Of a stretch of DNA of 64,000 nt, positions 37,932 to 46,091 are shown piece after piece. The DNA lies in the NCBI GenBank assembly GCA_022821645.1, contig JAJEDE010000010.1, forward strand, positions 60,124 to 124,123, in the 5' to 3' direction. Numbering within the stretch: position 1 is the first letter of the stretch; each line of letters starts with the position of its first letter. The notes under the pieces are model-generated. The model was not told the DNA's origin. It was given only the letters and a program-made list of their open reading frames with translations, and did not search any database. The translations under genes were made by a program, and so were the position numbers. This DNA is from Chloroflexota bacterium (GTDB lineage Bacteria > Chloroflexota > UBA11872).

Positions 37932-40168
37932 CCTCGCGCCGCTTCCGGTAGCGTCTGGATGAAGTTGATGATGTGCCAAGTATCCAGTTCGCCGTAACGC
38001 TCGCCGAACGCCGGCATCCCCGTCCCCTCGATGCCATTGAACACGAACCCGAACAACGCGTCGTCCGGGTGCAGTGGAACGTGGATCACCAGGTCCAGCG
38101 GCGGCGGATCCAGCGTCGCCGCCAGCGGCCCGTCCCCGCGTCCCGCCGGCCCATGACAGCTCACACACTCGGCCTCGTAGATCTCCCGTCCCGCGCTGAC
38201 TGACGCGTCATCCGGTGGTACCGGATTCACCGCCGACGGCACGACGCCCTGCTGCGGTCCGATGATCAGCAGCCCCGCCCCCAGCAGAATCGCCGCGAAT
38301 CCGGCCCCGGTCCCCGCCTGGCGCACTCGTGCAGCCCATCCCTGGCGCGCCAGCGTTGCCAGCGCCAGCACAAAGCCCATCCCGGCCAGCGCCATCCCCC
38401 AGAACCGCACCGCGACCGCTGCATCGACCTCCGCCACGCCAATCGCCGTGGGCGACCCGATGTTCAGCCGCACCGGCACCCGCGCGTCGAACGCCCCCGG
38501 CTGCCGCACGATCGCCAGCACCTGCCACATGCCCGCCAACGCAAAGGCGTCGGTCTCCACCGCGAACCCGCCGTCATCCGTGCGAACCGGTCGCTCGACC
38601 GTCGTCCCCAGGTCGGTATCGAGATACCGAAACTGCAACTCGATCTCCGCGTCCGCCGCCCATCCGCCCTCTCGCGACACCACGTCAACTTCAAGCGTGT
38701 TCGGACCCGGCCGCCCGGGAACCACCCGCACCCGCACCCTCGAATCACCGCTCGCCCCCACACCCTCCACCGCCAGCGGCACGTCTCCGCTGACCTGCCG
38801 CGCCGGCTCCCGCTCCGTCAGAACGCCCACCACCCCAAGTACCAACGCGGCCAGCACGATCTCGGCCACCATCAGCGTCCGCAGCGACTTCGCAGCCCGC
38901 GCTCCAGCCACGCCAGCCCTCGCCAGCCGCGGCCGCGTCCACCCCAGGTTCACGCCCCCCAGCGCCACCAGCGGCGCCACCAGCGCCAGCTTCACCAGCA
39001 GCAACAAGCCGTATTCCGTGCTCCACAGCCGCTCCGGCTCCAGCACCTGCAACCACGCGCTGTACACGCCCGTCACCACGATCAGACCCACGGCCACCGT
39101 GGCAACCGCCGAGAAGCGCGCCGCAACTTCCGTCATCTCCGCCGCAACCGAGCCATCGGAACGCGCATGGCGCGCCTCCCACGCCACCAGCAGCAACACC
39201 GGCAGACCGCCCACCCACGCCCCCACCGCCAGCAGGTGAATCAGATCGGCCGCCAGCGCCGGCCCAACGTCGCTCAGCGCCGCCGCATGGCTCCCCAGCG
39301 AAATCGTCACCGCCATCACCACGCCCACCAGCGCCACCCCGCCGAACGCAACCGTGCCCCGCCGCTCGCCCGACGACGAACTGGCCTGATCGGCCAGCAC
39401 CAGCGCCACCACCAGCGCCGCCGTGCGGCCGATCCACAGCGCACCCCACTGCCCCGCGCCGAACACATCCCCAAACCCCGCCAGCAGCGAGTCCCCGCCC
39501 AACACCAGGATCTGCGTCCCCAGCAGCCCAACCTGGCCCGCCAGGGCCAGCAGTCCACCGCCCAGCAACAACAGCGCCGTCCGACGCTCGACGGCCCGAC
39601 GCCGCTCAGGCTGAGATCCCCGCCGCTGCACCAGCACTTGCAGCGGCCCGCCAATCAGCACCGCCACACCCACGAACAGCAGCCAGCGCGACACCGACGC
39701 CGCCGGGCTCGACTCAATCGAGGCCACCGCCACCGCCACGTCCGCCGCCACCGGCTTGCCCACCCCAAACGCAAACGACCCGCGGATGACATGGCCGTCA
39801 ATCACGGACAGCGTCCGCCACACCACCACGTACGTGCCGTCCGCCAGGTCACCCACGGGAACCAGCATGGCCGCGTCACTCGTGGGGTCGGCCTCCGTCG
39901 GTCCCGTCGTCACTGGCTGCCCGTCGGCGTCCAGCACCTCCAGGCTGCTGTAGCCAAAGTCGATGGCCTCGCTGAACTCCGCGTACACCACCGGCGGCGC
40001 CGGATCCACCGCCGTCCCCGGGCTGGGCGACGCCCGCACCAGGTTGGCGTGCGCCCTGGCCGGCGCCACAACCAGCGCCAGCGCCGTCAGCGCCGCCAGC
40101 ACAGCCAGGGCCAGCCGCCCCCGGCGGAGCTCTAGCCGCCGCAGAGGACCGGTTTCGCTATGCCGCAC
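37928..40168 (-). CDS. CopC-CopD fusion protein extended by an Ig-like domain, extra TM helices and a C-terminal mono-heme cytochrome c domain
   Basis: CopC-type start HANLVRASPSPG...DGTYVVVWRTLSVIDGH, about 8 CopD-type TM helices, then CVSCH (nt 38153-38167) with a downstream Met. I prefer the GTG at 40168 because the track start at 40228 would overlap the upstream gene by 71 nt. Confidence 0.8.
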   Translation of the reverse strand: MRHSETGPLRRLELRRGRLALAVLAALTALALVVAPARAHANLVRASPSPGTAVDPAPPVVYAEFSEAIDFGYSSLEVLDADGQPVTTGPTEADPTSDAAMLVPVGDLADGTYVVVWRTLSVIDGHVIRGSFAFGVGKPVAADVAVAVASIESSPAASVSRWLLFVGVAVLIGGPLQVLVQRRGSQPERRRAVERRTALLLLGGGLLALAGQVGLLGTQILVLGGDSLLAGFGDVFGAGQWGALWIGRTAALVVALVLADQASSSSGERRGTVAFGGVALVGVVMAVTISLGSHAAALSDVGPALAADLIHLLAVGAWVGGLPVLLLVAWEARHARSDGSVAAEMTEVAARFSAVATVAVGLIVVTGVYSAWLQVLEPERLWSTEYGLLLLVKLALVAPLVALGGVNLGWTRPRLARAGVAGARAAKSLRTLMVAEIVLAALVLGVVGVLTEREPARQVSGDVPLAVEGVGASGDSRVRVRVVPGRPGPNTLEVDVVSREGGWAADAEIELQFRYLDTDLGTTVERPVRTDDGGFAVETDAFALAGMWQVLAIVRQPGAFDARVPVRLNIGSPTAIGVAEVDAAVAVRFWGMALAGMGFVLALATLARQGWAARVRQAGTGAGFAAILLGAGLLIIGPQQGVVPSAVNPVPPDDASVSAGREIYEAECVSCHGPAGRGDGPLAATLDPPPLDLVIHVPLHPDDALFGFVFNGIEGTGMPAFGERYGELDTWHIINFIQTLPEAARG

Positions 40169-41591
40169 TACGCCGACGCAACGCGTAGACCGCCAGCCCA
40201 ACGCCAGTAAGCAGCCCCAGACCGCCAACCACCAGCCCCGTCACGGCAATCGTCAGCGCAGTCGCCGAAGCATCCGACGCATCCCGCGCCTGCTGCTGCG
40301 CGGCCGTGGCCACCCCGGCAATCTCCCTCGCGCTCGGCACCGGCCGCGGGAACTGCGCCTCCGTCGCCGACCGCACGTCGTCAAACCTGCCGGGACCGGA
40401 AGTAAACGTCTCGTCAACCGGCAGCCCATCGATCGTCCCCACAAACCGGAACCGATACGGCCCAGGCGCCGTCGGGATGAATGGCGCCACGTAGCCTCCG
40501 GCCTCGCCCGGCAGCGGCGTGAGGGCCATCTGTCGTGCAACGCCTGACGCCGACATGTCCGCCGCCAGGTGCGTCACCTCCACCACCAGGCTGTTCGCCA
40601 GGCCGCTCACGCCAACCTGCCCCTGCTGGCCGGCGCCCATCGGCAATCCGTCGGACGCACCGCCGTCCGGGATGGGAATCGTCGCGACCGCCTCGATCGT
40701 CTCGCCCCCGTGCGCGTACTCCTGGTGCATGTTCGTGTTCAACGTCACTCGCACCTCGTTCATACCCGGCGCCAGCTTGCCCAGGTGCAGGTACGGGCTG
40801 TAGATCCGCCCCAGCCGCACCCCGTTCACGTAAACGTGCGGATGCCCTTCCCCGGCCACGTTCGGAGCATTCACCTTCGCTGGCGCCAGCGTGAACCCTT
40901 GCGGCATCACCATCAGGTTCGCCCCGCCCAACGGATCGGGCTCAAGGCTGATCGCCACCGCCATCCCTGCAGGCGCCTCTACCTGCCCAACCTCTTCCGG
41001 CGCGGGCGGCATCGCCGGAACGCTGACCGTGGTCGCCGCCTGCACGGGCTGCCCGTCCACCACGTATTCGCTGTGGCTATTCGTCTGCAGCGTCACCCGG
41101 ATCTCGCGGTCCCCGGGCGCAACACCCTTCAGGTGGAACCACTCGCCGTAGGCCCGTCCCACCTTCTCGCCGTCCACGTAAACGTGCGCGTGCCCCTCAC
41201 CGTCCACGTCCGCCTGGTTCACCCGCTCCGGCGCGAACATAAAGCCGGTGGGGATGATGTGCACGTTGATCCCGTCGATCGGATCGACCTTCGCCGTCAC
41301 CTCCACCGCCATCCCCGAGGTCTCCACCGTCCCACCGTGCTCGTGACCGCCGTCGGCGGCCTGGCCCGACCCGTGATGATCTCCGTCCGCCCGCGTCACC
41401 GATAGGTACACCCCATTCGGCTGCCCCTCATAGGCCGGTTCCACCAGGAACCCAACGTCGAACGTGAAGCCATGAACTTCACGCCCCTCATGCGCCCACA
41501 CCACACTCGCCGCAGCCGCCAGCCCAACCGCAGCAAACGCCAGGGCCAGCAGGCACCGCCTAAGACGCGGCAGGCGATTCCAGATACGCAT
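40158..41591 (-). CDS. secreted, C-terminally anchored His-rich protein with two tandem DUF4399-like repeats
   Basis: Signal peptide ...AAAASVVWAHEG. The two repeats (nt 41013-41315 and 40668-40967) share GEGHxHVYVxG...GRxY...HL...APG...VRVTLxTNxHxEY. It ends with a C-terminal TM helix plus RRRSAA. Start is ATG at 41591 (TTG at 41597 in the track). Confidence 0.7.
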   Translation of the reverse strand: MRIWNRLPRLRRCLLALAFAAVGLAAAASVVWAHEGREVHGFTFDVGFLVEPAYEGQPNGVYLSVTRADGDHHGSGQAADGGHEHGGTVETSGMAVEVTAKVDPIDGINVHIIPTGFMFAPERVNQADVDGEGHAHVYVDGEKVGRAYGEWFHLKGVAPGDREIRVTLQTNSHSEYVVDGQPVQAATTVSVPAMPPAPEEVGQVEAPAGMAVAISLEPDPLGGANLMVMPQGFTLAPAKVNAPNVAGEGHPHVYVNGVRLGRIYSPYLHLGKLAPGMNEVRVTLNTNMHQEYAHGGETIEAVATIPIPDGGASDGLPMGAGQQGQVGVSGLANSLVVEVTHLAADMSASGVARQMALTPLPGEAGGYVAPFIPTAPGPYRFRFVGTIDGLPVDETFTSGPGRFDDVRSATEAQFPRPVPSAREIAGVATAAQQQARDASDASATALTIAVTGLVVGGLGLLTGVGLAVYALRRRSAA

Positions 41592-41692
41592 CAACAAACC
41601 TCGCAGCTACGGCGCGCCCCCGCACGGCAGTCCTCGCCGCTACGGGATTCGCGCAATTGGTCCGCGCACCTCCGTGCGCGGCTGGGAGCCAT

Positions 41693-42052
41693 CTACTGCA
41701 AGGCCAACCTGGGCGGCGGCCGCGGCGGCCCAATAGTCATGCGGCACGCCCGCCCAACATCCAGTCGAACACGCTCGAACAGGCACACAACCAGCACAAC
41801 CGCCAATAGCGCCGGCATCACCCCCACCGGAAACGGCGATGACTGCTCCGGAAACTCACCCGTCGTGCCATCCGCCCCTGCCGCGTCCGCTTCCGGCACC
41901 GTCCACGGCAAGTGGATATGGTCGTGCCCCTCGTGCCCCTCCGGCGTAACCACCCCAAGCACCGGGGCTGCACTCGTCACCAACGACGGCGCCAGCAACG
42001 CCGCCACGGCCAGAACCAACACGGCAGCCGGCCCAACTCGCCTGAACCTCAT
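41693..42052 (-). CDS. small secreted/anchored His-rich protein (HEGHDHIH)
   Basis: ATG start, signal peptide MRFRRVGPAAVLVLAVAALLAPS, an HEGHDHIH cluster and one TM helix (VMPALLAVVLVVCLF). The overlapping plus-strand 256-aa ORF is Arg/Pro/Ser low-complexity. Confidence 0.5.
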   Translation of the reverse strand: MRFRRVGPAAVLVLAVAALLAPSLVTSAAPVLGVVTPEGHEGHDHIHLPWTVPEADAAGADGTTGEFPEQSSPFPVGVMPALLAVVLVVCLFERVRLDVGRACRMTIGPPRPPPRLALQ

Positions 42053-42195
42053 ACAGCCAGACTATCTGAACCGAACGTGCCAGGACCCTGGCCAGGGCCG
42101 GAAGCCGCATCAACGTCCCAGGGACTCCAGTCGCGTCCTCCATCGGGCAGAATCCCGCCAGGCCCTCCACCCCACATCCGCAAAGGCCATCCCCC

Positions 42196-42975
42196 TTGAG
42201 CAATCCCCCCTACGCCTTCGGCGACGACGACACCGCCGCTGAACGCCATCGCATGCTCGCTTATATCTTCGCGCCGGAGATCAAGAGCTTCCTGGGCCGC
42301 GTGCCGCCCGATCCCAGGCTGGTGATCGACCTTGGCTGCGGCCCCGGCTTCACCACCCGCCTGCTCGCCGATACCCTCAACGCCCGGAAAACCGTCGGCC
42401 TCGACACCTCACGGCCCTTCCTGGACATAGCCGGCCGTGATTCCCACGACGGCCTCGACTTTATCCACCACGACGTAACCCGGGCGCCCTTCCCCACCGG
42501 CGCCGCCGACGTCCTCTTCTGCCACCTGCTGCTGCCGCACCTTGCCAACCCGGCCACCGCCCTCCGCACCTGGGGCTCCCAGCTACGACCGGCCGGCCTC
42601 CTGCTCGTCGACGAGGTCTCCGACATCCAGACCACCAACCCGACATTCCGCACCTACCTCGACGCCGCCGAACGAATGCTCGACGGAATCGGAGGCGACC
42701 TCTACGTCGGACGCGGCGTCGAACATCTCGGCCGCGTTCCCGGCCTCCGCCGCATATCCAGCCGCCTCGTCAAACACCCCGTCGCAACCGCCGCCTGCGC
42801 CCGCATGTTCCGCCTCAACCTCAACGCCTGGGGCCCCAACCCCCACGCCGCCCTCTCCCCCGAGGACATCACCACCCTCGGCTCCGCCCTCGACGGCCTC
42901 GCCACCTCCACTGCCACCAACGAAATACACTGGCAAATGCGCCAAATCATCTTCAAGGCCACCACCGCCGGCTGA
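42196..42975 (+). CDS. class I SAM-dependent methyltransferase
   Basis: Motif I VIDLGCGPGFTT and a downstream acidic loop. The start is uncertain (TTG at 42196 or ATG at 42253). Confidence 0.8.
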   Translation: MSNPPYAFGDDDTAAERHRMLAYIFAPEIKSFLGRVPPDPRLVIDLGCGPGFTTRLLADTLNARKTVGLDTSRPFLDIAGRDSHDGLDFIHHDVTRAPFPTGAADVLFCHLLLPHLANPATALRTWGSQLRPAGLLLVDEVSDIQTTNPTFRTYLDAAERMLDGIGGDLYVGRGVEHLGRVPGLRRISSRLVKHPVATAACARMFRLNLNAWGPNPHAALSPEDITTLGSALDGLATSTATNEIHWQMRQIIFKATTAG

Positions 42976-43020
42976 CTCAACGACGCCCGGCCCGCGCCGT
43001 AGTACACTCATTCAAAGGTT

Positions 43021-43077
43021 CCCCCCCGATGACAAGAGCCCAAGGGGCTCTCTCCGGCAACGGAGTAGTCGGGGGGG
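43021..43077 (+). other. predicted three-way-junction RNA/DNA structure of unknown function
   Basis: Base pairs found by hand. P1 is CCCCCCCGA/TCGGGGGGG (9 bp), P2 is AGAGCCC/GGGCTCT, and P3 is CTCCG-GCAA-CGGAG (a GNRA loop on the plus strand). It lies between convergent gene ends. Confidence 0.3.
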
Positions 43078-43098
43078 TCGCACTTAATCGGCCTGCCC

Positions 43099-43803
43099 TT
43101 AGCGATCCTCCGCTGCGTCCCTGACGAACTCGGCCTCGCTCAGAATCGCCGGGCGAATCTGGTCGAAAATGCTTGACTCGCCTCTCTCGTACTTGCGAAA
43201 CACGGCCCAGCACAGGTAATCCGCAACCTGAAGCCCGTAGTGAGCGCGCGAGTCGTGGTGCAATACACGGAATGTCGGACGCTTGGGAAATGCCCTGTTC
43301 AGCGCCGACCTGACAGACTTTTCGATCGCTTGGCGGCGGCTCCGAACTGGAACGGCATCGGCAATCACTACTACCTCGTCGGCCTTCGACTCCGCTGCCC
43401 CTCGTAGAACGCGTCGAAGCAGTTCGCTAAGCATCGCCGAATAGAGATGGTCACCGTAAGCCACCGGTGTTGCAGCCCTTCGCTTATTCGCAACTAGAGT
43501 GTGAACCCATATCTCGCCGAGATTGGATCCGATGATGCCGAACACCCTGCCGCGAACATGCCGGTTGTCATGAGCGCAGTGGAAGTACTCGGTCGCTAGC
43601 CCAAACTCCAGGCAGTCGTACTTATACGCATCAAGCGCCTCATACATCGGAAACGGCCGCTCCATGCTCACGCTGGTCAGCACGAAGTAGCGAGTCCCGC
43701 GCGCACTGAAGTCCAGGTTCCCCGACTCATCCAGGAATATGTACACGCAGTCGCTCACCGGCGGCTCCAGCCCTTTCCCTGTCGTTGCCCCACTGGACAA
43801 CAC
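43099..43803 (-). CDS. DUF3800 domain protein
   Basis: VYIFLDESGNLDF near the N-terminus is the DUF3800 hallmark. GC is visibly lower than in flanking genes. The start is GTG at 43803 or GTG at 43758. Confidence 0.75.
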   Translation of the reverse strand: MLSSGATTGKGLEPPVSDCVYIFLDESGNLDFSARGTRYFVLTSVSMERPFPMYEALDAYKYDCLEFGLATEYFHCAHDNRHVRGRVFGIIGSNLGEIWVHTLVANKRRAATPVAYGDHLYSAMLSELLRRVLRGAAESKADEVVVIADAVPVRSRRQAIEKSVRSALNRAFPKRPTFRVLHHDSRAHYGLQVADYLCWAVFRKYERGESSIFDQIRPAILSEAEFVRDAAEDR

Positions 43804-43907
43804 AACCCGACGCTTCGCCGGTGCCCAAGGACTCCACGCCTCTGGCGCGGAAACCCCTCAGCACCCTGCGAACCCGCCCGGCGGCTCAAGACCGCGATCC
43901 GCGTATC

Positions 43908-44963
43908 ATGCCCCACACGCCAAGCACCACCACCCCCATGAACCTCGACAGCCGCACCTGGGACGCCCGCTACGGTCGCGGCATATTGGCGGCGCACGGG
44001 CCCCAATACACCGACTACATCGCCATCACCTCGCCCAGCGCCTGGGCCGTTGTGGAAACGCTGCTACCCCATGCGCCGCGCGCCCTCGAGTTCCAGCGCG
44101 GTATGGACGAGGACTACCTCGAAGCCCTGATCCAGCGCCTCCCCGACGCCGAAATTGTCCTCGCCATCGGGGGTGGCAACGCCCTGGACGTGGGCAAAGT
44201 CGCCGCCTGGAAACTCGGCAAGCCGCTGATCATGATCCCCACCATCGTCTCCACCGGCGCCATCTTCCAGGCCCCCGTCGCCTTCCGCCGCCAGCCCGTC
44301 TGGCAGTTCTACTTCGACACCGTTGCGCCCGAGTACCTGCTATTGGACTTCGACGTCATCGCCGCCGCGCCCCCGCATCTAAACCGCGCCGGCATGGGCG
44401 AGTGCATCTGCATCCTCGGCCACGTCGGCTCCTGGCGCTGGTGGGCCGACAACCGTACGGACGGAATCCCGTGGGACCAATCGGTGGCCGACGCCACGCA
44501 CGAGTGGGTCCGCCGCCGCTGCCGCGACTTCGCCGCTGGCCTGGACACCGACGGCCGCCCCAACGACGAGTCCCTCCGCATCGCCAGCGAAGTCAACCGC
44601 GAGCGCTACGACGTCCCCACCCACGATCTCAAGGTCTCGCACAGCATCGACCACACCTTCGTCATGGCCTTCGAGTGGGTCCACGGCTACGAACTAATCC
44701 ACTCCGAGGTCGTCTCCCTAGGCGCCCTCATCAATGCCTACGTCTACGAGTGGGGCTTCAAGGAAACCAAGTCACTTCTCGACGCCTGCCAGGTTCGCTA
44801 CCGCCCCGCGGACATCGGCTGCACCTGGGATCAAGTCAAGGCAGTCCTGGCCAACCTGAACGAACTCAACGACCGCCTCGGCCACGCCCAAAACTGGTTC
44901 CACCTCAATTCGCTCTCCGACCAGTCGTTCCAACAGATGGCGGACGCAATCGACGCACCCTGA
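43908..44963 (+). CDS. iron-containing alcohol dehydrogenase / glycerol(-1-phosphate) dehydrogenase-like (DHQS-like superfamily) protein
   Basis: LAIGGGNALDVGK nucleotide loop, IMIPTIVSTGA, and His-rich metal region HSIDH...HSEVV. The start is taken at the internal ATG 43908 (43938 is also possible). Confidence 0.7.
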   Translation: MPHTPSTTTPMNLDSRTWDARYGRGILAAHGPQYTDYIAITSPSAWAVVETLLPHAPRALEFQRGMDEDYLEALIQRLPDAEIVLAIGGGNALDVGKVAAWKLGKPLIMIPTIVSTGAIFQAPVAFRRQPVWQFYFDTVAPEYLLLDFDVIAAAPPHLNRAGMGECICILGHVGSWRWWADNRTDGIPWDQSVADATHEWVRRRCRDFAAGLDTDGRPNDESLRIASEVNRERYDVPTHDLKVSHSIDHTFVMAFEWVHGYELIHSEVVSLGALINAYVYEWGFKETKSLLDACQVRYRPADIGCTWDQVKAVLANLNELNDRLGHAQNWFHLNSLSDQSFQQMADAIDAP

Positions 44964-44996
44964 GTCGACCATGAGCCCATTCCTTCAGAGTCCGCC

Positions 44997-46064
44997 GTGA
45001 CCAACGTCCGCCTCGCCATCGTCGGCTGCGGCACCATCTCCAGGCTCAACGCCCCCGGCTACCTGGAACATCCCCAATGCGAGGTCGCCGCCCTCTGCGA
45101 CCCCGCCCGCGAACGAGCCGAGCAACGCGCCGCCGAATGGGAAATCACCCCCCGCATCTACACCAGCTACGACCAACTGCTCGAAGACCCCGACATCGAC
45201 GCCGTCGAACTCCTCACCCCAACCCCTCTCCACGCCGACCAGTCCATCTCCGCCCTCGAAGCCGGCAAGCACGTCTCCTGCCAGAAACCCATGGCCCGCA
45301 ACCTCCAGGAAGCCGCCCGCCTAGCCGAGGCGGCGGCCAGGGCCGACACCTTCTATCGCGTGACCGAGAACTTTCTCTACTACCCGCCCCTGGTCAAGGC
45401 CAAGGAGTTGATCGCCAGCGGCGCCATCGGCGACCCCAACATGGTCCGCATGCGCGTGGTCGTCACCAGCGTGGAGGCCGAATCGGTACGGCTGCCCCTT
45501 GCGCCCGACGCCCTCACCTGGCGCCGCGATCCCTTGCTCAACCCCGGCGGCCTGCTCTACGACGAGGGTGCCCACAAGTACGCCACCGCCATGTGGTGGG
45601 TCGGCGAGCCTGCCACTGTCAGCGCCACCGTCACCCGCACCGACGACTACATGATCGATGCGCCAAGCGTCGTGGTCTGGCGGTTCAAAGACGCTAATTG
45701 CCTGGCCGTCTTCGAGTACTCCAGCGCGCCCGACATGCGCATCCGCGCGCCCTACTACGCCCTCGACGACTTCTTTGAGATCCAGGGCACTAAGGGCCTG
45801 ATCTGGATCACCCGCTGCAGCGGCGAAATGCTCGACCTGCCGCCGGTGATGCTGCACACCGGCTCGGAAACCGTCAGCTACCAGGTCCCCATGGACTGGA
45901 TCGAAGGCTTCAAGGGCGCCGCCCGCGACTTCATCGACGGCATCCTCGCCGGTCGCCAGCCGCGCCTGGACGTCCACGACTCAACCAAAGTGCTTCGCGC
46001 CTCCCTGGCCGCCTACGCCTCAGACGCCGCCCAGCGCCCGATCGACCCAAGTACCCTGACCTGA
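44997..46064 (+). CDS. Gfo/Idh/MocA family oxidoreductase
   Basis: VRLAIVGCGTISRLN Rossmann N-terminus and a consensus EKP-type motif (CQKPMA). Confidence 0.85.
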   Translation: MTNVRLAIVGCGTISRLNAPGYLEHPQCEVAALCDPARERAEQRAAEWEITPRIYTSYDQLLEDPDIDAVELLTPTPLHADQSISALEAGKHVSCQKPMARNLQEAARLAEAAARADTFYRVTENFLYYPPLVKAKELIASGAIGDPNMVRMRVVVTSVEAESVRLPLAPDALTWRRDPLLNPGGLLYDEGAHKYATAMWWVGEPATVSATVTRTDDYMIDAPSVVVWRFKDANCLAVFEYSSAPDMRIRAPYYALDDFFEIQGTKGLIWITRCSGEMLDLPPVMLHTGSETVSYQVPMDWIEGFKGAARDFIDGILAGRQPRLDVHDSTKVLRASLAAYASDAAQRPIDPSTLT

Positions 46065-46091
46065 CGTTCAGTAACTCCGGGGAATCTCGAA

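Noticed and set aside
38262-40135. Two long plus-strand ORFs (325 and 322 aa) inside the CopCD-cytochrome c gene
   Set aside because: They are antisense low-complexity frames, and the minus strand has CopC, CopD and CXXCH signatures.
41472-42242. 256-aa plus-strand ORF overlapping the small His-rich protein gene
   Set aside because: It is a Pro/Arg/Ser/Thr-rich translation without hydrophobic core segments. The minus-strand ORF has an ATG start, a signal peptide, a metal motif and a TM helix.
43021-43077. Hammerhead ribozyme interpretation of the three-way junction
   Set aside because: CCGAUGA approximates CUGAUGA, and a GUC precedes the closing helix. There is no GAA(A) strand between the second and third helices, and U4 is replaced, so the catalytic core is incomplete.
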